Source: Selaginella moellendorffii (Eukaryota; Plantae; Lycopodiophyta). From it: a stretch of DNA of 64,000 nucleotides. The stretch is from assembly GCF_000143415.4 (NCBI RefSeq), contig NW_003314264.1, positions 1,318,733-1,382,732 on the forward strand, given 5' to 3'. Below the pieces are notes generated by a model. It was not told where the DNA came from and ran no database searches. It was given only the letters and a program-made list of their open reading frames with translations. Shown piece by piece: positions 1 to 12,246 of the stretch; the first letter of the stretch is position 1; every line of letters starts with the position of its first letter. A program made the translations under genes and the position numbers.

Positions 1-584
1 CCACCTGAGGGACACACGCTTTGGGCTGTCACTCCAAGCCTCCCTTAGTACCAGGAGTTGGTCTCTGGGACAAGTTCGAAACTTACTAAATATGGAATGG
101 TGCTAGATTGTGAATTTGGACACGGGACAAACACCATTGTGTTCAAGCTGACCTCTACATTCCATAAATATGCCAAATGAGTGAATCTAGACACTTTCCA
201 TAAATAGCATTTGGGACTGAAATGAGACTAACACAAAGGGTGTGATAGCGAGGGTGTTTAGCAGAAACGGTAAGCTATCATCCGGCGATATTGAGGGACT
301 AGTCTCAATATGCGAGGGTTCTTGCCAAGCTAGTGCAAGACAGAGCAAAAGAGAACTAACAAGCCAGGCCAAGTATGCTTGGCTAAATAGACACTTAGGA
401 ATTCCTTCTTTACACTCATCCGGCCAAGTACAAATGCTAAGTCCAGTTTACTAACACTTGGACAAGAGGGGCTAATAAAGGAAACCAGCAGTACTGACCT
501 CCTGCCGTCGTGGCAGTAAGGAAAAAGTGTCTGTAAGGACTAGCCGACAAATATCTTTCGATACCCGAAGTTACATTCGCGACA
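1..584 (-). mobile_element. LTR (family A), 5' part; the rest runs off the window edge
   Basis: Reverse complement of the LTR at 12247-13405. Ends ...GTTACATTCGCGACA at 584 (= TGTCGCGAATG terminus). No PPT next to it, so it is a 5' or solo LTR. Confidence 0.9.
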
Positions 585-1869
585 CTTTTGCCTATCTTAT
601 GGTCAATATAATATTCTCTAAACTGTTCAATTATCATCATTTGCTAGTGGAATGTAATTTGGATCTTAATTGTTTGGAGTGAAACCAAAGCCTAATCTAG
701 GCTGTTTAGTGGTGGAATGCAAACTTAATTTAGAACTTCTTCTTCCTTCTTCCTGTCATCACTAACATCAAGCATTGACAACTTCCTCTTGGTATAGTGC
801 AAGAGTCTCCTTCTTAAGGAGTTCCTACTCCTAAGGGCAATTTATCTTCTTTGCTTTTAAACTCTTGTAAATATTATTATGTTTATTCCTCTATCCCTTA
901 CACCCTTTGCAACAGATTGTTATACTTATAAGTCGCACATCACATGAAATAAAGCTAACTATGTGTGCAATCATAAGTAACCACCCTTTATAATCCCTAC
1001 CAAAGATGTATTGATATAGTTGTTAAAGGACATGAAAATGCCATTTGAATTGTCATCAATGTGTACTACCAAGAAATCATCTATAGTTTGTATGATGTAA
1101 ATAGTCTTTTTTATCATGTTCTCAAATACCTTTAGTAGTCCTTATTTTTTGTTCATCAAGCTAATATTGAGGAACTCCAACATCTCTATCTATTGTTTGA
1201 ATGAAAGTTTTGATTTTGCAATATTATAAATCATGTTATTGAGAGTTTTGTTCACTACAAAAGTAATACATATGTAATTGAGAAAAAAAAATCATGCAAT
1301 AAAAAACTAACATTCGCTAGTAGAAATTTTTGCTATAGTTTATAGCCACTCCTTTGGCCTATGATTGTCTGCAATGTATAATAATTTCTTCAACTTTGAA
1401 AACTTTGTATACTAAATTTTATACTTGATCTATATATGCTCAATTAATAGCTCTTCTTACCTCTTCTTCGGATACAGAAGTTTATATGCATCTTGCTCAA
1501 CCTTCACTAAAGGCTAGGAACCAAAGCAATAAAAATAGGCCTTAAAAGTGAAGGAAGAATATACTTTATACCATACAATAAATATAAAATTGATTGGGTT
1601 GCTAAATCATATTGTATCATTATGTGAGTGCCAAATAAATGTTGTCACAACATCACCACTATAATGTTATTGAATGTCTTCTTCACTCAAGTCCACCAAA
1701 AAGTAGAGTTGCTTGATGATATGGATAAGATTTTCCTTTTGGACAACAAATTGATCAAATTTGCATTCAAATATGACAAATCAAGTTAAAGTGGAGTTGG
1801 AAGTAAAATTTTAGCAAATTTATGTATTGATGTTTTGGTTGGCCAAGATAAGTTTATTGATATCTAGAG

Positions 1870-2940
1870 TGTAGTGCATGTGGTTTTCACTCTTTACCCT
1901 ATGGTGATTTATCATAGGATAATTATGGAGAAAAACCTAAACCCTTGGATACGTGGGCCAAGTGTGGCAAAGTGAAACTTGAATTTCAAGGCTTTGGAGG
2001 TATAGAGCCAAATTCCCGAACACAACTAAAGAGTAAAGAAATTGGAGTATGGAATGACTCTTGAATGTTTAGCCTAATGAGCAAAGGGACAGGAGCACGG
2101 AGTGACATGGAACATTTTTACATCCCAATACCAAGACCAACACTTAAAATAGAGCAAAATAGAGTTTGATGCAATTTCAATATACTAATAACCTAACACA
2201 AGGATATGGGTACTTCATTAGCTAGCATGGTATAGAGCTTGGATTTAAACCTAAACTTGTGTAAGCAACCAAAAAAAATGACTAAGAGACGATTCATGGG
2301 CTTCAAATATAAAAGGAAAGGGTATATGAATAAGAGTGCACCTCCTTTTTTAATTGGTTAAAAGTTTTAGGATACTTAGGGTTAAATGTCTTTGGATTTG
2401 AATAATACTAGGTTGAGTGACCTCAATATAGAATGGTGTTAGATTGCAAATTTAGATATAAAAAGTAAAGAACACCATTGTGTATCTCTACATTGACAAC
2501 ACTATTGAGAATCTTTACATTCCGTAGATATGCCAAACTAATAAATTTAAATACTTTCCATAAATAGCTAAACTGAATAAGACTAATACATATGGAATGA
2601 TAATGAGAATGTCTTGACGAACACAGTAAGCTATCACCTAGCAAGTATTAAGGGATTAAGTTCAATACTGTAGGGGTTCCCAACACTAGTAAGTGCAAGT
2701 AAATAAATAAGTTTCTTTAACTATGTGAAGTATGCTTGATTAATAATACTTAAGAATTCTGTCTTTATGATCTTTTGGCTAACTATACACACGAAGATGT
2801 CAAGTTTCTCAATTAACTTGGGTGAAGACTAATAAAGGGTCTAGCAATACCGACCTTTTGCCGTCATAGTAGTTAAAAAAGAATATCCAAAAAGATTCAC
2901 TAATAAGTAACTTTCAATCCCTGCAGTCACATTTACAACA
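1870..2940 (-). mobile_element. Old, diverged 3' LTR of a family-A-related element
   Basis: Starts TGTAGTGCATGTGGTTTTCAC, ends ...GTCACATTTACAACA, and is followed by the PPT complement CTCTCCCCCC (2941-2950). Confidence 0.85.
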
Positions 2941-4052
2941 CTCTCCCCCCATTAGGGAAAATCAATGTTCTCATCAATGCATATTCTACTTTAGACCACC
3001 GCTAAGGAAAAAACTCTAGAAAAATCTCATAGTGTTTACACTTTGTGAGAAACTCACAAACTTAAATAAGTTAAGGGGGAAACTTTTTTGTCTAACACAA
3101 ATGCACTACCACTTAAACACCTTCCAGTTATTGCTGATAAAGAAATGACTAACAAAGTCAGCCACCCTTGCTATTCTAGATGTCACCTAGTTTACAAAAG
3201 ATGATATGCTCCTACCAGTTGTGGTCCTAATAGATTTGGATGTTACTCCCTTTGGTTAATATATTCACAAGTATTTTTCTTGTCTGTCAATGATTCTTTA
3301 TAAGTTGTTTGATATGCTACCTACAATCTATGATAGTTAAGTTTTATGATTGAGTTTTTCTTATGATATATTTACTATTAAATTTTGATTGGATAGTTCA
3401 TCCTATATCTTTAAACTCTAATAATCTTGGTATTTCCTATAATTATAATTTATTAGATGATAAATTAATTAGAATACTCTTGTGTTTTAATCTAAGACTT
3501 ATTCACTAATAATTGGGTCTCTAAAATATCATTGTTTTTTACTTTGATACTATCCAACTATTGATCTTTAAGTTTAGGTTGATAGACTAACTTCGACGCT
3601 TTGTATATATAGTGAAATCTTTAGTCATGGGATAACTATTATCAATTTGTCACATCACTTATGTCTCTATCAATGTTCCTTATTTCGTTAAAAAGGGCAT
3701 AATCGTGTAAACAACTCTAAACACCTATTTATAGTTGTTTATCTAAACCTTATTGACAGGTTTGGTTTGTTTGTTCAAGAGGGTTAGGGCCTTTGTCTTC
3801 TCTTTCTATATCACCTACAAGTGTGAGACACAAATCCTAGAGCCCCAAAAGTGGAGCCAAAAGGGTCCCATATGGTAGTGGCTGAAGCGGAAGCCAAACG
3901 AGAGTAACACCTTTGGACTAAAAGCTTTGACTTGAAAAGTTGAGAGCAGGAGTGGAACTCCTTATGAAGTGCTCAAGAAATGAGCATGAAGCAAGCAACA
4001 AGTGAGTCTCTAGAAAAGGAACACAAGAGGACCAACACATGACACGTGGGAG

Positions 4053-4370
4053 TCTAAGATGGACCCGAGATGGAGTTCGAGATGGAATTTGAGATGGACC
4101 AAAGATGGAGTCCAAAATAGAGTCTGAGATAGACCTGAGATGGAGTCCGAAATGGATCCAAGATGGAGTCCAAGATGGATTCTGAGATGAACTCGAGATG
4201 GAGTCTGAGATGGACCTGAAATAGAGTCCAAGATGGACTCGAAATAGAGTTTGAGATGGACTTGAGATGGAGTCTAAGATGGAGTCCGAGATGGAAACAA
4301 GACCGAGACTGAGACTGAGTCCGAGACTGCGACTGAGTCTAAGTCCTAGACTGAGTCTAAGTCTGAATAC
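4053..4370 (+). repeat. Minisatellite: 12-bp unit GAGATGGA(G/C)(T/C)C(C/T), grading into 6-bp GAGACT/GAGTCT units
   Basis: About 20 degenerate 12-mers at 4053-4295, followed by 6-mers. Confidence 0.9.
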
Positions 4371-4392
4371 TAATACAGACTGTTGGTCCCCC

Positions 4393-5330
4393 AGGGGGGG
4401 GGGGCTGTAAGGGGTTCCAAAAGTATAGTAGGGAGAGTGTGGGGGTTGAACTTTAGTGGAATTAGTTTAGCTAGGAAGGGCTAATGTAGCCCAAAAAGGC
4501 TATACTCATGTATTGGGTGATGATATAACCATTGGGAAGTCCAAGGTTAGAGTGAATACGAATAGACAAGTGGGGTAGTTTAGTGAAGTGTTCAAAAACC
4601 AGCTCTAACTCCCTCGACAGATCGAATGGTCAATGCTCATAGTCCAAGTGTGGGTGGCACTATTTACTTGGATACCTAGCGTGACTCATAAGAACCTCGC
4701 TTTAGCCACTTGGCTAGGGCACCCAAAGGTAGATGGTGGGAAGAGTACCCACGGGGCTCGTGTAGGGTTGCAATGTTTCGAAATATTGTCCCAGAGTTCT
4801 AGACTGTGGAAAGGAAGAGGACTAATCCACTTATGTGGTGACCAAGGATGCAGTCATATAACAAGAAAGTCCTAGATGTCAATGAGACATAGTGGTTGGG
4901 CCTGTGAGCCTTGACCCAATGATAGTATTGGCAAACATAGCCATGGACGGAAAGAGACTTAGTAGGGACTGAAAAAGGGATATTAGAGAAGGTTGTTCCC
5001 TAGTCTATGAACATCCCAAGGATGCTAAGGAGTGGATTTGGGATGATCACTCATAAACAGATGGCCCAGTCTTTGAGAGATGGGACTGTGATGTAGGTGG
5101 TGTTGGACCATTAGTGTGACAAAAATGAAGGGGCAAAGCCTTAGTGTAACGGGCTGATATGTTGGTGGTACCTTAGGGTGTCAGTTATGGGATTGAACAC
5201 GTGGAGCACTTGGACCAAGTGCAAAGGTTAAGTGGTATAAATGCTATTGTTGGGACTAGCAAGTCCCCAAGTCCGTAATAAAACTTATGGAGGTTGAGAG
5301 TGAAACTCTTCCACGTGGTTGAAGTTGTGG
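4393..5330 (+). mobile_element. PPT and start of a second LTR type (family B)
   Basis: Poly-G tract 4393-4404, then TGTAAGGGGTTCCAAAAGTATAGTAGGG from 4406. The same PPT/terminus occurs inverted at ~22420-22455. Confidence 0.6.
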
Positions 5331-7139
5331 TTAAGTGACTAAAGTAGAATAGAAAAATTAGTTACTTGGCAACAATAAAAAAATAGAATAAATATCATAA
5401 GGGCTAACAAACACCTATTCATATGAACTATTGCACTAGCTAGTTTGAATAATTCTTAATTAACATCACTAAAGAACTCAAGTTGCCTAAGCAAGTGTCA
5501 GTAACATCCTACCAATATCTCAAACCTAAGAGACCAATTCAAAGCAAACCACAAAGAAAGAATATATAATAATGTGCAAAGCCAAAAGCCATAAAAAAAA
5601 TGATTAACCATCACTAAGATTGTCAATCACTTTATCATGAGAGATGCATAATCATCGTTTGAAGAACAATTTACCATCCCAAAGAATAATAAACTATCCA
5701 TCACCAATAATAATCAAGCAAGATCTTTAATAAAGATAATCAATTATTTGAAATGATGATCAATCATCACCAATGATCACTAAATGTAAACACTAATTTA
5801 AACATTGGAACTAATGGGCTAAAATGCCTTTCCCAACTTTTAACAAATGGATTAATAAGCATCAAAAGTTCAAAGAAGCTTATAACTAAGTATCATTTAA
5901 TAATGATTACAAGTCTTATATGAACAAACTTCAATATTGAAGAAGAAATCATAGTACAACCCATAATATCTTCCTCAACACATCCATAAGCTAAACTTTG
6001 TAATGCAAAAGCTAATAAAAAATATATTTGCATCAATCCAAAAGCCAAGCATAACAAAGCTATACATAACAAGTGGTCATCAAACAAATCCCCTATAAAT
6101 CCATCTTCTATAATTAGACATAACTCACTTCATAATAAGAAGAATTATCAATGATCGATATATCCTCAATTCAAAACCAACAAAGATCCAACTCTAATCA
6201 ATTACTGACTCTTTATTTTATAAAGCTAGCATAGTCCATGATTAAATCATTTTTCAAAGAAACATTAAAATTTACCCTCTATTAAAATAATGTCATCTAG
6301 AACACATCTAACAGAATTTGCCACTCAATTCATTTGAATGACAATAAAGTTATTAACTAACTAAATGAACGAATGCCAATGATATAAAAGTATGGCTAAA
6401 CTATCAACACTATCTTCATTGAAACTAATGAAACAAAATGTTAATCTCCAATAAGCCCAACTAATCACCAACCATCTGTATCACTATAGATGGAAAATTA
6501 ACTTCCTTAATATGCTTATGGAGAAACATTTTATTTCACTATAATCTCAATGTCAAGAATGTCAAAGTCAAAGTATCAATTTAACATCATCAACACTAGA
6601 ACAAAGCTAGTAGAAAGCAAGAGCAAATTACCACTCAATACTCTTTTAGCAACTAAGCTAATTAAAGTTAAAGATACTTTATTGTATCTGAGACCAAACC
6701 TTTAATAATATAAATAACATATCATTAGGGAGTAAATCACCACATCCAAAACTCAATACAATCCAACACCATAGACTCAATATAACTAAATAATATTAAT
6801 ATGGATGAATTGATATGCCCACAGGGAAAATCTATACAAGCTCAACAACACGATCCTCTGCAATACCATCTGGTAAACAAGCCCATCATTGCTAAACCAT
6901 GTACTACTTTCTTCCTTGGGATAGAGTAGCTAGAAGAGCTATAATGCATGTTAGCACACATGCACATCCAATGCAGGAAGGAATATAAAGGAGTTTTGTC
7001 AATTGTTTTTGAGATGTTTTGTAAGTAGAGACCATAAGAAACTCATCTACAACTTCAAAACATGTTTAGAAGACTATGCTCAAGGATTTTATTACAAGCA
7101 CCGTACTCAATTTGGATAACTGATAGACTCAACCAAATA

Positions 7140-7783
7140 AAGCTAGCTTGCAAAACTTATTATGATCCTTTATCAATCTCCACCTAAACTAATTGAGAAA
7201 TTGGTGTCTTCATATGTGCACTCAGTCAAAAGAGCACAAGGATGAAATTCCTAAGTGCTATTAGTTAAATATGTTTGACTTAGTTAAAGAAATTCATTCA
7301 TTGACTTGCACTTGCTAGTGTTGGGAACTTTCGCAATATTGAGCTCAGTCTTTTAATATTTGTTAGGTGATATCTTACCATGTTTGCCAAGACACTCTTA
7401 CTATTATTTCCCCATGTGTTAGTTTTGTTCAATCATATTAGCTATCAACACCAAACTCTATTTAGCTCTATATTATGTGCTAGTTTTGGCATTAAGATGC
7501 TAAATGCTTTAGGATTGTTTTAATGTTATTTCATACTTCTGTCCCTTTGCTCTTTGGGTTATATACTCAAGAATCACTCCATGCTCTTATCCTTTAGCTT
7601 GTTGAACTATACATTTAAGAGTTATTCTGTGTTCTAGTTTCCTATGCTCCTTGGCCATATGTTTAGAAATCTGACTCCACTTCTTCATTTAGTGGCTCAA
7701 GGCCCTAAACTTGGGTTCTATCTTACTACCCTTAAAGGTTAAAGTTCACCATAGGGTAAAGGGTGAAAATCATGTATGCTACA
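7140..7783 (+). mobile_element. Internally deleted, diverged family-A-like LTR
   Basis: Similar to two separate parts of LTR 12247-13405. Ends ...GGGTGAAAATCATGTATGCTACA. Confidence 0.75.
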
Positions 7784-10355
7784 CTAGAGCATAGGTAGAG
7801 TGCTAAGCATCTAGGTATGGTTGGGGATTCCCCACTCCCTAACAAGTGGTGAACACTAACATGACACAATTGATAGAGTTTTTGAGAGATGGAGTCATGC
7901 TTTCTTTTTTTCTTTTTGAAGAGATTTTTATTATGCAGGTCTCTAGAAAGAACGATAGTTATTTGAGCACATGGCACAGCAAGATTTGAGCACAACTGTA
8001 GCTAGGAGAGTCAAAATTTCTTCTCTTTTAAATCTTTCTTAAGGGTTTTCTTAGGTGCATTTGCTTTTGAACAAGAATTCTTACGGAATTGGTCATGATT
8101 TTGTGAGCTTGGAAAAAAAAACATAAACCTAAACCCTAAACCCTCTCTCTAACAAGCTATGGCACAATAGCAAATCTGACATACAAAGCAATTTTCTTCT
8201 CTTTATTTTTAGTGTGCAATGTTCCAGTGTGAATTTCTTGCAATGTAGGGAGCAGATTTACATGGAGTGTAGATGCTAGAAAGCTTAGGCTTTGCTCTAT
8301 TTTTTGAGGTGCACCAAGCCTAGAGATTCTTCTAGAAAGCATCCATGAAAAGAGTTTTCTTTTTTGTCTTGCGCATTTCTTTGTCTTTGGGAGAGAGATT
8401 TCTAGCATTGGAGGATTCCTTACTTCTCTTTCTCCTCTTGGAATTCTTGAGTGTTTTCTCAGCATTCTAGCAAGTCTAGTCTCAACAAAATTGGCACATG
8501 GAATTGACAGCAAAAGCCATTTTTCTTCCTCAAAGAGTTAGTGCAAACTTTGGAAGGTGATAATTTGCAATTTGGTGATTGGTTTCTGATGAAATTTGGT
8601 GGAAAAGGTATGCCTAGGTCTGCCCTTTCTTTTGAGAAATAGCACAACTATTTTGGTGGTGTTTTCCATGAGTTTGAACCATTTTCCTCATATACATACA
8701 CTTTCTTGTCACAATCTTTGAGTTCTATGGGTTTACATAGCCAAAGTTTCTTTCTTTCTAGCTGATTTTGCATGTGAGTCTACTAGTTGGTATCATTCTA
8801 AGACATTTATTGAGTAAATCCATCTACCACACATTGAGTTTCCAGAGGAAAAGTAAGATTTTGGGCATTTATAAAGGAATTTTACATTCCCAAGGACTTG
8901 GAGTGGTAATAGCTTCATGGTGTGTAATCTCAAGATCATTTATTTTGATCCTAGGTTGCTGCAGACTAGTCATAAAGACATTGAGTTTCAGAGACATTTC
9001 CTAAGAGTTAGCATTTGTTGGGTAAAGATTATTTTATGCCAATTCAAACCTAACTTTCAAGTGCTTGGAATCCACAATGGTTTGCAACTATTCCTGGAGC
9101 ACATGGGAGATATTTATGCTTGTGAAGAGAGCTAGATTACCAGACAACCCTCTCTAGCAAGGAGGATTCAAACATTCTAGTAGATATCAAGTTGGGGAAT
9201 TCACTTCTTATGGCAACTCCTCCTCAATCTGTGTTGTGCAATGTGGGATAAACTTGCCTTACTTCTCAATAAATAGTGATGTCTCAACAAAAGCGTATTA
9301 TTAAGAGGGGAGCCCCTCAATGGTGGGGAGAACACTCTTTCATGCTTGCTCAAACATCTCTCTTGAGTGAACTCCTTTGAAACCCTAGCAATGGGGAAGA
9401 AGGGGTATATACCCCTCTCTCAGAATATGCCTCACACCCTAGAATATTCTAATAGTGGAATATTCTAGAGAATCTAGCTCAAAGGCTATGCATATCCTAA
9501 TACACAACCACAAGAGATCATGCTAAACTCCATCGTATGTAAAAACCCATGACTAAATTGCTACTGAAAGCTTTAATATAATGCCCAATGTCAACAACTA
9601 CAGAACCAAAGAGAATACAAAGGAGGGAGAAGAAGTTGCAAAGTTCTGGAATCAAAGGAAAACCAAATAGGGAAAACTTGATCATAGAATTAAGAATTCA
9701 ACCCAAGAGAAGTGGAGGAAAGTAGAAAATGATGAAAAAAAGAAGATAAAAGAGCAAAAATCTAAAAGGGAACAAATCACTAACCTAGACTCTACTTATT
9801 GAGGTCTCTAAACCTCTAGAAAGTTTCTCAAACATGGCCTAAATTTATTTCTAAAGTTTCAATTAAAGTGGAAGAATAATGAATGTGTTACCTAATATAG
9901 GATATGTAGTGAAATGGAAAGATTGCAACCATAGTGATGGATGATGAGTGGAATGGTTGACTAACTTGAATAGATTGGTAGTGGACGGGAGCTTGTAATA
10001 TGTTATGATCATCGAAGTTTCTAACAATTTGTATAGTAATTGTTAGAGAAGAAAATGCTTACAACTAGTGGCAATATCTATATAGATCACTACATCTTGT
10101 TGTGTCTGTGTGGGATTAGGAAATAACATTTACCCATTTGTAATGTCTAGCTTTTTGCTACAATTAGGGTGTTTTGGCTAGTTGAAATCAATTTCTAGTG
10201 TTCACTATTTGTCAAGAGAATGGTCCATCGATAGAGTTTTGTAGCACATGTGATCATGGGATAAGATTTGGATATATTGTCACTATGGATCCTTAAAACC
10301 TTGGGGGATAAATAGGGATAAAATAGCTATTAAGAACTCTCACATTAAACAATTG

Positions 10356-11120
10356 TGTAATGCATGTGGTTTTCACCCTTTATCCTATAATGATTTACTA
10401 TAGGATAACCACAAAGCGGAACTTAAACCCTCCATATGCCACATATCACATGCCATGTGCCACATGCCACATGTCCAAAGGACAGTGGAGTGGAACCCGA
10501 GTTTTAGAGCCTTGGGCCATTGAATGAAGGAACAGATAAACTCCTAAGCACGGAGCCAAAGAGCGACAAAACCAAAGCACGAAGCAACTCCTAAGTATAT
10601 AGCTTAAGGAGCAAAGGGACAGGAGCACAGAACAACTTGGAATAATCCTAGAGTGTCCAACATCCCAATGCTAGGACCAGCACATAAAAAGGAGCCAAAT
10701 GGTGTCTAACGCTATTTCAGCATACTAATGGCTTAATACAAAGATATAGATACTCCACCAACTAGCATAGTGTGGAACTTGAGATTAGACCCAAGCCGGA
10801 TGCAGAACAAGAACAGACACACAAACAAGAGCTAGACTATGCCTTAGGTCAATCAGCCATACCCAACCTACCCCCCGGCCCCCCCCTTGAGGAACACACT
10901 TTGGGCTTTCACCCTTAGTATTAGGAGTTAGTCTCTGGGATAAACTCCAAATTTACTAAATATAGAATGTCCCTAGATTGTGAATTTGGACATGGGACGA
11001 ACACCATTGAGTTCAAGACAATTTCTACATTCCATAGATATGCCAAATGAGTAAATCTAGACATTTTCTATAAATAGCATTTGGGACTGGAATGAGGCTA
11101 ACACAAAGGGTATGATAGCA
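10356..11120 (-). mobile_element. Truncated family-A LTR fused by deletion to integrase sequence
   Basis: TGTAATGCATGTGGTTTTCACC terminus at 10356. LTR homology stops at ~11120, where integrase-coding sequence begins. Confidence 0.85.
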
Positions 11121-12246
11121 AGGTTGGAACTCTACATCCCAATGCTTCCAGTTTATATATTTTGTTTGCCTTTGTTGAGCCCATTCCAAGGAATCCCTCA
11201 CTAAATTCCAAATGTTGAGTCTTTCCATTGTGAACGCCTCCAATGCAGATAACTCTCCATGATACTCGACCACGCTGAGTTCCACAAAACCTTCAATAGC
11301 TTGCCCATTGATAACTTCCCATGGACTCACCTCGATATTCGAATATAGTGAGTTGTTATAACACATTTCCGCAAGTCCTAAATGACTTACCCAATCGCTT
11401 TGATCTCTAGAGATATAGCATTGCAATTAATCCTCTAGCTGCCTATTCACCCTTCTGTTTGTCCATCTGTCAGGAAGTGTTAGTGCCATCAAACTTGACT
11501 TAATACCTGGTTGTGCTGAATTTCACATGGGTGCGATATTGTCCAGAAGAGTTCTCCAAAACCTACTGGTGAAGATCTTATCTCGATATGAGATAATCTC
11601 TTTTGACCTTCCCTGCACTCAAACCACTTGTTTGAAGAACAACTTCGCCACCTTCCACATCCATTTCCGTTGTGGTGTGTATAAAATGTGCCATCTTCGA
11701 AAACCAGTCCACCACCACGAATATTGCATCAAACCCCTCACTTGGGGGAGTCCTATGATGAAGTCCATCGTAAAACATTTCTACAGACAATTTGGAATTG
11801 AGAGGCTTTGTAACAAGCCCCCACTAGCCTTAGTCACAGCTTTGACCTGCTGACATGTTGGACATGTCTTTACATAGTCTTGGATGTCCTTAGTTATGTC
11901 TGGCCAGTAATACTTCCTCTTGAGTAAGCCCATCGTCTTGGGCACTCTACCATGTCTGCAAGAGGTCCATTATGACACCCTTCTAAGGCTACATTCTTTA
12001 GCTCCCCTTGTGGCATATATACCCTTGTTTATTTATAATAGACAAGTATATTGCGTTCTACATAACCTATCGTCTCTTCTTTAGGTGGCTCCCCTCTTTG
12101 GTGAGCCTCCTACGGTTCCTAATTCCTTAGCAACACTTCTTGTGCTAGACCATTGTTCTCATACGTTGTCCGATCATCATCCCAAAAGGTTGTTGTTGTG
12201 CTCGATATCGCCAACTTCAAGCTTATTGTTCAACTTAGAGCATCTG
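11121..12246 (-). mobile_element. Ty3/gypsy pol remnant: end of RNase H and integrase (host element, 3' part)
   Basis: Peptides FDAIFVVVDWFSKMAHFI and DWVSHLGLAEMCYNNS...SPWEV, interrupted by stops and frameshifts. Confidence 0.9.

Larger units (their letters stand above)
2941..7130 (-). mobile_element. Rearranged internal region of the family-A-related element
   Basis: 2941-3216 and ~5350-6800 align to the reverse complement of the 3' part of the internal region of the 12247-20107 element. ~3228-3820 aligns in the opposite orientation. The right boundary is approximate. Confidence 0.75.

Noticed and set aside
4053-4370. CRISPR-like array or repetitive protein ORFs (3918-4231)
   Set aside because: Contiguous degenerate tandem units without spacers, in eukaryotic DNA. 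The ORFs are by-products of the repeat.
7790-10350. Possible additional TE or gene remnants (also 590-1860)
   Set aside because: Looks like decayed coding sequence, but no motif could be identified with confidence.
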